Source: Candidatus Enterousia sp.
GTDB taxonomy: Bacteria; Pseudomonadota; Alphaproteobacteria; Rs-D84
Direction of reading: 5' to 3'
NCBI GenBank assembly: GCA_045586565.1
Contig: JAZNAO010000023.1
Span: 1-63,883, forward strand
Length of the DNA: 63,883 bases
The notes below the pieces were generated by a model that was given only the letters and a program-made list of their open reading frames with translations, had not been told where the DNA came from and did no database searches. Within the stretch, counting starts at the first letter, position 1, and each line of letters opens with the position of its first letter. Shown one piece after another: positions 1 through 8,747 of the stretch. The translations under genes were made by a program, and so were the position numbers.

Positions 1-52
1 AAACAACACAGGTGTTTTCAATAAAAAAAGCCCCAAATGGGACGTTTTATAA

Positions 53-130
53 TGGGGCGGATAACCGGACTCGAACCGGCGACATTTGGTACCACAAACC
101 AACGCTCTAACCAACTGAGCTATATCCGCC
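53..130 (-). tRNA. tRNA-His (anticodon GUG), with encoded G-1 and CCA
   Basis: The reverse complement folds as a cloverleaf. Acceptor GCGGATA/TATCCGC, D arm GCTC..GAGC, anticodon stem TTGGT/ACCAA with loop TTGTGGT, T loop TTCGAGT. An extra 5' G sits opposite C73, and CCA is present. Confidence 0.9.
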
Positions 131-144
131 ATACTGAATCTTTA

Positions 145-220
145 TGGTGGAGTTGATCGGACTCGAACCGACGACCCCTTGCATGCCATGCAAGTGCTCT
201 ACCAACTGAGCTACAACCCC
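145..220 (-). tRNA. tRNA-Ala (anticodon GGC)
   Basis: Reverse complement is GGGGTTGTAGCTCAGTTGGTAGAGCACTTGCATGGCATGCAAGGGGTCGTCGGTTCGAGTCCGATCAACTCCACCA. It has the G3:U70 Ala identity pair, a 76 nt cloverleaf and an encoded CCA. Confidence 0.92.
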
Positions 221-302
221 TTGCGACGACATATTCTATATTTCTTCTTGCCAAATGTCAAATCAATTTGCTAATCTTTTTTTATACCTAAGGAGTTTTA
301 TT

Positions 303-863
303 ATGGATTATTCGTTATTAAAGGCCGAAGTAGAACAAAAAACCGCACAAACACTGGAAGTTTTAAAGGGACAGTACGCAGGGCTGCGTACAGGACGTGC
401 ATCTGTGCATCTGTTGGATGCGGTACGTGTGCCTGTATATGGTGCCGAAATGCCAATCAATCAGGTCGCAACAGTCGCAACACCTGATAACCAAACATTG
501 TCTGTGACTGTTTGGGATATTACAAATGCACCGGCCGTAGAAAAAGCAATTCGCGATTCGGGATTGGGACTGAACCCAATGACCGCAGGTGGGGTTATCC
601 GTTTGAATATGCCACCGCTTACCGAAGAACGTCGCAAAGAATTAACCAAAGTGGCCGGTAAATACGCCGAAGAAGCAAAGATTTCTATGCGTAATATTCG
701 CCAGGATGCAATGGGCAAAATTAAACGCGCCGTCACAGACAAAGAAATTTCCGAAGATGATCAGCGCAAATTCGAAGATGATTTGCAAAAAGTCTTTGAT
801 AAACGTGGCACAGAAGTTGATGCAATGGCACGCGAAAAAGAAGCCGACATTATGTCTGTTTAA
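303..863 (+). CDS. frr: ribosome recycling factor
   Basis: Typical RRF sequence (LRTGRASVHLLD, VWD, IRDSGLGLNP, PPLTEERRKEL). AAGGAG RBS lies 6 nt before the ATG at 303. The ORF-track start at 255 is probably too far upstream. Confidence 0.93.
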   Translation: MDYSLLKAEVEQKTAQTLEVLKGQYAGLRTGRASVHLLDAVRVPVYGAEMPINQVATVATPDNQTLSVTVWDITNAPAVEKAIRDSGLGLNPMTAGGVIRLNMPPLTEERRKELTKVAGKYAEEAKISMRNIRQDAMGKIKRAVTDKEISEDDQRKFEDDLQKVFDKRGTEVDAMAREKEADIMSV

Positions 864-889
864 CACAATATAAAAATCGGGATTTAAAT

Positions 890-1651
890 ATGTTCAAACT
901 GTTTAAAAAGAAACAGAACACTGTCGCCGGCACGGCTGAAAAAGTGCCACAACACATCGCCTTTATTTGCGATGGCAATCGTCGTTGGGCGGAAATGCGT
1001 GGCCTGCCACCGTTGATGGGGCACCAGGCCGGGATTGCAAACTTTGAAAACTTGGTTGACTGGTTTATGCAACGCGGGGTTTCAACGATTACTTTCTATA
1101 TCTTTTCCACGGAAAACTGGAAACGCAGCAAGGAAGAAGTCGATTTCTTGATGGATTTGTTCTATACAGAACTGAAAAAGAATATGAAACACGCGGTTGA
1201 AAAAAATCTGCGATATCGGGTGATTGGTTCACGCGATAAGTTGCCAAAGCGTTTGGCGAACATGTGTGACAAACTGGAAGAGACATCCGCCGAAGGCAGT
1301 GCAGGAACCGTTGTGTTTGCATTGAATTATGGCGGCCAGGATGAAATTATCAATGCAGTGAATGCCGCAATTGATAACGGCGAACATGTCACACGCGATA
1401 CGTTTGAAACATATCTGGATACTGGTGATTTGTTGCCAGTTGACCTGATGGTGCGTACCAGTAACGAACACAGAATTTCTAATTATCTGTTGTGGAAATT
1501 GGCGTATGCAGAACTGATGTTCGTGCCAGAACATTGGCCAGATTTGGTGAAAAACGAAAAATTATGGCAAAGTGTGCTGGATGAATTTGCAACGCGCAAT
1601 CGCAGATTTGGTGGTGGCAAGAAAGCAAACTATCTGGGGCGGAAAAAGTAA
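890..1651 (+). CDS. uppS: undecaprenyl (isoprenyl) diphosphate synthase
   Basis: HIAFICDGNRRWA, FSTENWKR and the RTSNEHRISNYLLWKLAYAEL cis-prenyltransferase motifs. Lies in the frr-uppS-cdsA synteny. Confidence 0.93.
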   Translation: MFKLFKKKQNTVAGTAEKVPQHIAFICDGNRRWAEMRGLPPLMGHQAGIANFENLVDWFMQRGVSTITFYIFSTENWKRSKEEVDFLMDLFYTELKKNMKHAVEKNLRYRVIGSRDKLPKRLANMCDKLEETSAEGSAGTVVFALNYGGQDEIINAVNAAIDNGEHVTRDTFETYLDTGDLLPVDLMVRTSNEHRISNYLLWKLAYAELMFVPEHWPDLVKNEKLWQSVLDEFATRNRRFGGGKKANYLGRKK

Positions 1652-1672
1652 TACACAGCGAAAGGAAGGATT

Positions 1673-2317
1673 ATGTCAAATACATCACAAAGAATTATCG
1701 TTGGAATCGCAATGGCCATGGTCGCAGGCCTGGCGGCGTTGGGTGAATATTTTGGATTATCAACTGTGCGGTACCTGGGGATTGGTATCGTGTTGGCGAT
1801 GATTGTGGAATATGTTCTGTGTCTGAGGCGCGCGGATAAAAACACCATAAAAAAACATTTCATTACCTTTGCGGGATTTTTTGGGTTGCTGATTTTAATG
1901 CTGGGGGCGATAAATTCTGTGGGAACACGTCCGTGGATTGTATTATTGCTGTTGCTGATTATTGCGGGTGCAGATATTGGTGCATGGTTCTTTGGGCGAC
2001 TGATTGGTGGCGATAAAATGTGGGAAAGACTGTCCGCGGGCAAAACATGGTCTGGCCAGATTTCTGGTATTTTATGCGGGACATTTGCATCGGTTATGTA
2101 TGGTCTGTTGGGGGCCGATATGTTTATGCCACAATTGTTATGGATTGGTGTCAGTGTTGCGTTAATGTCACAGTACGGCGATTTAACCGCCAGTTATATC
2201 AAACGCACACTGGGCATCAAGGATTTCGGTTCTGTATTGCCGGGTCATGGCGGAATATTAGATCGATTTGATGGTTGGATTTATGCATTACCATTGGTGT
2301 GGTTGGTGATGTTGTGA
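1673..2317 (+). CDS. cdsA: phosphatidate cytidylyltransferase (short form, 214 aa)
   Basis: Polytopic membrane protein with the C-terminal CdsA signature SYIKRTLGIKDFGSVLPGHGGILDRFDG. Synteny also supports the call. Confidence 0.88.
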   Translation: MSNTSQRIIVGIAMAMVAGLAALGEYFGLSTVRYLGIGIVLAMIVEYVLCLRRADKNTIKKHFITFAGFFGLLILMLGAINSVGTRPWIVLLLLLIIAGADIGAWFFGRLIGGDKMWERLSAGKTWSGQISGILCGTFASVMYGLLGADMFMPQLLWIGVSVALMSQYGDLTASYIKRTLGIKDFGSVLPGHGGILDRFDGWIYALPLVWLVML

Positions 2318-2341
2318 TAAGAAAGGTAAAAAGGACGGGTT

Positions 2342-3415
2342 ATGCAAATTTTGGTTACGATTATTGCATTATTGGTGGTTTTAGGTGTCGTCGTGTTTGT
2401 TCACGAACTGGGGCATTTTTTGGCGGCACGTTGGGCCGGTGTTCGTGTTGATGCGTTCTCTATCGGATTTGGGCCGGCAATTATAAAGTGGCGCGATAAA
2501 CGCGGCACAATTTGGAAAATCGCATGTCTGCCGTTGGGTGGGTACGTGTCCATATATGGCCAAGAAGACATGTTTAATCGTAAAAAATACAAAGATTTGG
2601 CCCCGGAACAGAAAAAAGGACACTATCTGTCGGCGCCTGCGTGGAAACAATTTATAATAATCGGTGCCGGTGTATTTATGAACTTTATATTGGCGTGGCT
2701 GATATATACATCATTGTTTATGTTTAAACCAAGTCTGGTCAGCAATACCCAGTTGCCAGTTATCGGCCAGGTTGTCCAAGAATCTGTGGCGTTCAATGCC
2801 GGCATTCGTGCAGGCGACACAATTGTACGCATTGATGATGAAAAAATTTCAAACTGGGGCGATGTTGTTTTGGCCAAAGAAATGGCATCAGGACGCGATG
2901 CAGATGTTCTGATTGTGCGTGATGATAAACTGGTCCAGGTGACATTGGCACCGTCTGACCGTTGGGGCATGATTGCCGACGGCGCACGCAAGGCCGAACC
3001 AGAACATCAAAACATTATTCGCGCAATGTATTCTGGGGCACGCAAGACATATTATGAATCAAAAACGCTGTTGGTTGTATTGAAACAAATTATCACAGGC
3101 GAACGTTCATCAAAGCAATTGGGGTCATTTATCACAATCGCAGAATTTTCGGGACAAGCCATGGCCAAAGGATTCTGGACATTGATGGCGTTGATTGCGT
3201 TGCTGTCTGTGAATCTGGGCGTGTTGAATTTAATGCCGTTGCCGGTTTTGGACGGTGGGTATTTATTGATACTGATTATCGAGGCCATCACACGTCGCAA
3301 ATTACAGGGGCGCGGTATGGAAATCGCCATTATGGTTGGTTGGGTCTTGATATTGGGGCTGTTTATACTGACGATGTGGAACGATTTGGCACGTGTATTT
3401 GGAATAAATGGATAA
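2342..3415 (+). CDS. rseP: RIP zinc metalloprotease RseP (site-2 protease, M50)
   Basis: HELGHF zinc motif in the first TM, a central PDZ-like segment, and the C-terminal NLMPLPVLDGG motif. Sits upstream of bamA. Confidence 0.9.
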   Translation: MQILVTIIALLVVLGVVVFVHELGHFLAARWAGVRVDAFSIGFGPAIIKWRDKRGTIWKIACLPLGGYVSIYGQEDMFNRKKYKDLAPEQKKGHYLSAPAWKQFIIIGAGVFMNFILAWLIYTSLFMFKPSLVSNTQLPVIGQVVQESVAFNAGIRAGDTIVRIDDEKISNWGDVVLAKEMASGRDADVLIVRDDKLVQVTLAPSDRWGMIADGARKAEPEHQNIIRAMYSGARKTYYESKTLLVVLKQIITGERSSKQLGSFITIAEFSGQAMAKGFWTLMALIALLSVNLGVLNLMPLPVLDGGYLLILIIEAITRRKLQGRGMEIAIMVGWVLILGLFILTMWNDLARVFGING

Positions 3416-5714
3416 GCAAATGAAAAAAATATCGTTATTTTCATTATTGTCTGTGATTTGTGCCCTGCCCGCGGTGGCGGCGACCGTGTCGCGCATTGAT
3501 GTCAACGGGAATCAGCGCATGGATGCAGAATCAATCCGCATATTGTCTGATGTGAAAATTGGCGACAATGTTGGTGATGCGCGCAGTAATGAAATCGCAA
3601 AAAAGTTAAATGACAGTGGATACTTTTCAAAAATCAATGTGCGTATGTCTGGAAACGTGTTGAAAATTGACGTGACCGAGGCACCGATTATAAACATGGT
3701 CACCATCGAAGGAAATGATGAAATTGCCACCGATGATTTGAAAAAAGAAATCAGAACCAAGGAACGCGCATCATACGATGCCGCAACAATCGGCGCGGAT
3801 GTTCAGCGCATGTTGACCGTGTATCAGCGCAAGGGATTCTTTGGCACCAGAATTGAGCCCCAGCGAATTGAACTGGACGATAATCGCGTAAACGTTGTAT
3901 ATGAAATCACCGAAGGACATCCAACATGGATTACCGACATTAAATTCGAAGGCAATAAGAAGTTTAGCGACCGCACGTTGCGTGGTGAAATTCTGTCACG
4001 CGAACACGCGTGGTGGCGATTTATGGCGCAATTCGATACATTTGACGAAGACCGTATCCAATACGACGCACAAATGTTACGTCAGTTCTATCTGCGTAAT
4101 GGTTATGTTGATTTTACTGTCAAAGATACCACCGGGACATTTACCCCAGACCGTGAATATTATTCGGTTGTATTTACTGTTGATGAAGGGTTGCCGTATG
4201 ATTTTGGTAAAATAACTGTGGACAATCCGTTCCCGGATGTGCCGACAGACGAACTGATAGACGTTATAACCGCGAAATCTGGCAAGACATATAATGTTGA
4301 TTTGGTTGATGAAACAATGTCCGCCCTGCGCAGCAAGGTTGCAGACTATGGATATGCGTTTATATCCGTTGAACCAATTCCAACAAAAAATGATGATGAT
4401 AAAACAATCGATTTGAATTTTAAAATTCAAAAAACAAATCGTATATATTTGAATACTATCAATATCTTGGGTAATGTTCGCACATTTGATTCTGTGATTG
4501 AACAATTGATTCCTATGCGTTCGGGCGACCCCTTTTCATTACAGACCATCGAAGAAGGCCGTCAAAAGTTAATGCGTACGCGGTACTTTAAAGATGTCCA
4601 GATGATTCCAACACGCGTTGCAGAAACAAATATGATGAACCTGGATATCAAGGTTGAAGAACAGCCGACCGGCGAATTGTCGGGTGGATTTGGTTGGTCG
4701 AATATCAACGGTTTTATGGTTGATGCAGGTATTACCGAAAATAACTTTATGGGTCGCGGTCAGATTGTACAACTGCGTGCATCAATTGCAGAATATCAAA
4801 AGCAGGCGTTATTCAGTTTCACAGAACCATATCTGTTCGGACGTCAATTGTCTGGGGGTGTGGACGTATCGTATACAATGTATGATTACTCTTCATTGGG
4901 TGGATTTGGATACGACCGTGACAGTTTAATGGTGGCGGGTCGCATGGGTTGGCGATTGACAGACCATTGGACCCAGAACGTCAGGTTGTCGGCATCTTTT
5001 GACCAGAATTATGATATCCAGGCCAAAGATGGATGGCAAGATGCAACACTGTTCACACTTAGCACGAATTTCAGATACCATAATCTGGACACAAATTTTG
5101 AACAGAATACCCATACGGGTGTTGTGGCGAATTTGGGATTGGCATATACAGGGTTCGGTGGCACGGAATCTTATATGCGATACAGTGGCGACATTATCGG
5201 TATGGTGAATTTCTGGGGCGATAAGTGGCAACTGCGTTCATCGTTGGATTTCGGATATCTGCAACCGTTGGATGGCGACTATATTTCCCGTGTGTACCGC
5301 TATTTCTTGGGTGGGGAATCTTTGCGCGGATTTGATGTCGCGGGTGTTGGATCACGAAACTGGTATTATACAACGTATGCATTGGGTGGGCTGTGGAAAC
5401 TCAACGGTTCAACACAGTTGAATTTCCCAATCTTTATCCCAGATGAATATCAGATTAAGGGGTTTGTATTCGCAGATTACGGTATTCTGGGTAAACCACC
5501 AGCAGAGGAAAACACATATTCAATATGCTATAGCGCAACACAATGTATCACGCGTGACAACCATATCGACGACAATATTCGTACGTCTGTTGGGTTTGGT
5601 ATTTATTGGAATACGCCAATGGGGCCGATGAATTTCAGTTGGGGTTGGCCGCTAAAGATGACAGATTATGACCGTGAACAAAGATTCTTGCTGTCGTTCG
5701 AAACACAGTTTTAA
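3408..5714 (+). CDS. bamA: outer membrane protein assembly factor BamA
   Basis: 768 aa with a signal peptide, POTRA-like repeats, an Omp85 barrel and a C-terminal ...SFETQF beta-signal. The start could instead be the MKKISLF Met at 3420. Confidence 0.92.
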   Translation: MDKQMKKISLFSLLSVICALPAVAATVSRIDVNGNQRMDAESIRILSDVKIGDNVGDARSNEIAKKLNDSGYFSKINVRMSGNVLKIDVTEAPIINMVTIEGNDEIATDDLKKEIRTKERASYDAATIGADVQRMLTVYQRKGFFGTRIEPQRIELDDNRVNVVYEITEGHPTWITDIKFEGNKKFSDRTLRGEILSREHAWWRFMAQFDTFDEDRIQYDAQMLRQFYLRNGYVDFTVKDTTGTFTPDREYYSVVFTVDEGLPYDFGKITVDNPFPDVPTDELIDVITAKSGKTYNVDLVDETMSALRSKVADYGYAFISVEPIPTKNDDDKTIDLNFKIQKTNRIYLNTINILGNVRTFDSVIEQLIPMRSGDPFSLQTIEEGRQKLMRTRYFKDVQMIPTRVAETNMMNLDIKVEEQPTGELSGGFGWSNINGFMVDAGITENNFMGRGQIVQLRASIAEYQKQALFSFTEPYLFGRQLSGGVDVSYTMYDYSSLGGFGYDRDSLMVAGRMGWRLTDHWTQNVRLSASFDQNYDIQAKDGWQDATLFTLSTNFRYHNLDTNFEQNTHTGVVANLGLAYTGFGGTESYMRYSGDIIGMVNFWGDKWQLRSSLDFGYLQPLDGDYISRVYRYFLGGESLRGFDVAGVGSRNWYYTTYALGGLWKLNGSTQLNFPIFIPDEYQIKGFVFADYGILGKPPAEENTYSICYSATQCITRDNHIDDNIRTSVGFGIYWNTPMGPMNFSWGWPLKMTDYDREQRFLLSFETQF

Positions 5715-5773
5715 TCTTGACGGGGAATATGGATTTTTCTTATAATTCATATAACAACAGGAAGGAGACACAT

Positions 5774-5920
5774 ATGAAGAAAGTATTTTTGGGATTGTTT
5801 GTTGCATTGTGTCTGGCCGGATGCGGTCAGGTTTATGACCGTGAACCAGTCGGTGTCGGTTATGACAACAATGAATTGAAATTAAGCCCATGCGCGTGCA
5901 TCATGGTATATCAGGCATAA
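5774..5920 (+). CDS. small lipoprotein (48 aa), VirB7-like by position only
   Basis: GGAAGGAG RBS. Signal peptide with lipobox LAGC, plus two further Cys. Lies immediately upstream of a VirB8-like gene. Confidence 0.6.
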   Translation: MKKVFLGLFVALCLAGCGQVYDREPVGVGYDNNELKLSPCACIMVYQA

Positions 5921-5944
5921 ACCACTTCTGTTACGGGGGGCGGT

Positions 5945-6646
5945 GTGAGATATCCAGACGATTTTAATGTACCACCATTTCCGGCGGGCAAACATACGGC
6001 CGTATCCCGCATGATGTCGATTGCGGTGTCAATTGTATTACTGGGGATAATATTTACGTGTGGACTGCTGTTGTGGGCGCAACGTTCTGTGCGCGTTCAT
6101 CCTTTCTTGGTATCAATTGATGAAATTACAGGCACATGGACGGTGGTCGGACATCACCATACAGAAATACAAGAACTGTCCACTGTGCAAACAATGCAAG
6201 AATCTGTGATTGGTAAATTTATGCGCAATTGGTTTTTAATATCTGATAGTCCTGGCTTAAATGATGCACTGTGGCACGAATGTGACCGCGAAATCGATTG
6301 TGGCAACATCAATACGTCTGGGGTCAATTCGCGCGAATGTGCGCTGTATTGTGTTACGGGGGATGATGTATTTAAACGGTTTATGACAGATGTGGTGCCA
6401 GATTATCAAAACCGTTTGGCAAATGGGGAATTGTGGATACCAGATATGACATCATTGCAAATATCGCCAATAGGTGATGTTGATATCAATGGTAATGTAT
6501 GGCAAATTCGCGCAACGGTGTATTCAAATCAAAATCAAGAAATAAATATTTTGGCGTATGCCAAAGTTGCACGTGATGATACATTATACCAAACAACAAT
6601 GGGGTATTATGTCCAAGACTTTAACGCATATCGGGTAAGTGAATGA
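5945..6646 (+). CDS. VirB8-like bitopic membrane protein
   Basis: GTG start. Short cytoplasmic N-terminus, one TM, then a periplasmic domain with PFLVSIDEITGTWTVV (compare VirB8 PYVVrVDkaTGev) and a C-terminal MGYYVQDFNAYRVSE (compare NPLGFxVtsYR). Recognised from memory of the family. Confidence 0.55.
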   Translation: MRYPDDFNVPPFPAGKHTAVSRMMSIAVSIVLLGIIFTCGLLLWAQRSVRVHPFLVSIDEITGTWTVVGHHHTEIQELSTVQTMQESVIGKFMRNWFLISDSPGLNDALWHECDREIDCGNINTSGVNSRECALYCVTGDDVFKRFMTDVVPDYQNRLANGELWIPDMTSLQISPIGDVDINGNVWQIRATVYSNQNQEINILAYAKVARDDTLYQTTMGYYVQDFNAYRVSE

Positions 6647-7305
6647 GAAAATTGTTACTGTTTTTATCTGGTCTGTTGTTGTTCGCAGTAATGTGCGGTG
6701 CTTTGTTTTTAGCGGCGGCGGTATACGATACCACTGCCAAGACATCAATTGTGCCATATTTCTTTCAGCCGGACGACGCATACAACAGACGCCCCGGTGT
6801 TCCAGCATCACCAGATGACCTGGGGATGGGAATGACAGACCCTGAAAACAGCCGGATATACAATATGCTGATGTCGCGTATTGTCACACAGATGTTTTAT
6901 GTGACACCTGATGCGGATGAAATGCAACAACGTTTCAAGGGCACAACAGGACTTAGGGATATGATGTATCCAAACGTCTTTAAATTATGGCAAACACAAA
7001 TTGCACCAGAATTACAACAGATGACGGCAGACAAGAAATTGCGTATGGTACGCATTGTCGAAATCGTTCCAGAAGACCAATATCAAAAGGTAACATATGA
7101 ACTAAAAACATGGAACACACCAAATGATTTGGGCTCGTTACCAGAAATTAGTTATGGAACAATATATTTACAGATATTCTATTTGCCGGGTATGCGCCAA
7201 GAAATGGTGATGGCCAATAAAACAATAACAGAATATCTGGAAGACGGTGGCGATCCGGCGGCGGTATTTAGATTTGGTATTATGGATATGGCAATACCAC
7301 AATAA
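6643..7305 (+). CDS. second bitopic membrane protein, weakly VirB8/NTF2-like
   Basis: 4-nt ATGA overlap with the preceding gene. N-terminal TM, and size and topology similar to the upstream VirB8-like protein. Sequence similarity is only weak. Confidence 0.4.
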   Translation: MRKLLLFLSGLLLFAVMCGALFLAAAVYDTTAKTSIVPYFFQPDDAYNRRPGVPASPDDLGMGMTDPENSRIYNMLMSRIVTQMFYVTPDADEMQQRFKGTTGLRDMMYPNVFKLWQTQIAPELQQMTADKKLRMVRIVEIVPEDQYQKVTYELKTWNTPNDLGSLPEISYGTIYLQIFYLPGMRQEMVMANKTITEYLEDGGDPAAVFRFGIMDMAIPQ

Positions 7306-7318
7306 GATAGGGGATGAA

Positions 7319-8092
7319 ATGAAACGGTATGTTTTATATTTGATGTCTTTATTTATAATCGCGCCAATGGTTGCGTGTGCAGACGCGTTTGATTTCAATA
7401 ACATCGCCATCATGGACAGCGCAGATGCAGATATCACAATGGAAGATGTATACTTGAACGATGATGCAGATGTCGCCAATGTGGGCGGATTTGATTTGGC
7501 GGGGGTTATGCTGGGGATGACATTTGATGATGTTTACACATTATTTTACCGCGACAATGGGTTGTATGCCCCACGCGACAGTAACAGTATAATTTATACA
7601 ATTCACCCAGATTGGAAATATAACCTGGATTACGAATGTCGATTGGGCGGAACCGTAATCCCCGCAGAACTGGAAAAATGTATCAACAGTTTGGCACAGA
7701 ATCGTGGATTGATGTATGCATCGGAAATGCACCTGGTGCGTGAAAACACTGGCGAAACATTGGTTGTATATTTCACCAGTAACGCAACCGATAATCGCGT
7801 ATGGCGCGTGGTGTATAACAACGATGTCAATGAACTGGAAGGTGATGCAGAAAAATTCGCCAAACAACGTGAAAATAAAATATTGGCATTTTGGCAAAAC
7901 GTCTTGGATAAGTATGGCGCGCCAAATTCTGGGACAGATAAATGGATATCAACGACAAATTCTTTTGATCCGATGATGACGGCGTATTATGGCGCGTTAG
8001 ATTTGGTAGACAATGGTCGCAACGCGACAGACCTGGCAAAAAATATTCAGCAAGCGCGCGAGAACTTTAAGTCTAAACCTTATGCATTCTAG
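7319..8092 (+). CDS. secreted hypothetical protein (ends ...KPYAF)
   Basis: AGGGGA RBS and signal peptide MKRYVLYLMSLFIIAPMVACADA. I recognise no family. Confidence 0.55.
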   Translation: MKRYVLYLMSLFIIAPMVACADAFDFNNIAIMDSADADITMEDVYLNDDADVANVGGFDLAGVMLGMTFDDVYTLFYRDNGLYAPRDSNSIIYTIHPDWKYNLDYECRLGGTVIPAELEKCINSLAQNRGLMYASEMHLVRENTGETLVVYFTSNATDNRVWRVVYNNDVNELEGDAEKFAKQRENKILAFWQNVLDKYGAPNSGTDKWISTTNSFDPMMTAYYGALDLVDNGRNATDLAKNIQQARENFKSKPYAF

Positions 8093-8432
8093 GACATCAT
8101 ATTCAAAGGGATTGTGGGCGGAATTTTTGGCACGCATGTATTTGCGTTTACATGGGTGTCGTATTGTGTGTTCACGATATATTACCGGACGTCATACAAA
8201 TCGGGCCGAAATAGATATTATTGCGCGACATAAAAATACCCTGATTTTTGTAGAGGTTAAGCGCCGTGACACGGTTCAGTGTGCATGGGATGCAATTACC
8301 CCACGCCAGGCCGCACGCCTGCGCCGGGCGGCAGAAACATATATTGTGCAAAATCGGTGGAACGGGGATGCGCGATTTGATGTGATTATGGTTTGTGGGC
8401 GCAAAATCCACTGGGTAAAAAATGCCATCTAA
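8082..8432 (+). CDS. yraN: YraN family endonuclease (UPF0102)
   Basis: GLWAEFLARMYLRLHGCRIV...EIDIIARHKNTLIFVEVKRR...FDVIMV is the typical YraN/Holliday-junction-resolvase-like pattern. The Met at 8082 is preferred over the ORF-track start at 8013. Confidence 0.8.
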   Translation: MHSRTSYSKGLWAEFLARMYLRLHGCRIVCSRYITGRHTNRAEIDIIARHKNTLIFVEVKRRDTVQCAWDAITPRQAARLRRAAETYIVQNRWNGDARFDVIMVCGRKIHWVKNAI

Positions 8433-8501
8433 ATATATTGCATTTAGGATTTAAGTCTTGTATAGTTAATTCATGTTTAATCAAACACGAAAGGAGAAAA
8501 C

Positions 8502-8642
8502 ATGAAAAAAGTTATCTTGGCATTGGTTGCAGTATTGACATTGGCGGCATGTACAGGTTCTTATAAATCTGGCAATTGCGAATATGATTTCTTGTTGCAC
8601 AAAGATATTTCTATCTCGAAAATCATCGGCAGCTGCAATTAA
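8502..8642 (+). CDS. small lipoprotein (46 aa; too short for the ORF track)
   Basis: AAAGGAG RBS. Sequence MKKVILALVAVLTLAACTGSYKSGNCEYDFLLHKDISISKIIGSCN has lipobox LAAC and is followed directly by an intrinsic terminator. Confidence 0.6.
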   Translation: MKKVILALVAVLTLAACTGSYKSGNCEYDFLLHKDISISKIIGSCN

Positions 8643-8646
8643 TATT

Positions 8647-8670
8647 TCCCCCGTTTGGGGGATTTTTCTT
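8647..8670 (+). terminator. rho-independent terminator
   Basis: tccccc-gttt-ggggga hairpin followed by a T run. Confidence 0.7.
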
Positions 8671-8686
8671 GGCATGCCCTGCCCGC

Positions 8687-8715
8687 TTGACAATATGTGA
8701 AAATATTCATAAGAT
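8687..8715 (+). promoter_or_regulatory. sigma70-like promoter for the glycan locus
   Basis: TTGACA, 17 nt spacer, TAAGAT. Lies 33 nt upstream of the GT2 start codon. Confidence 0.5.
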
Positions 8716-8747
8716 TGTTTTAGTGATATATAAATTCTGGGGGTGTC

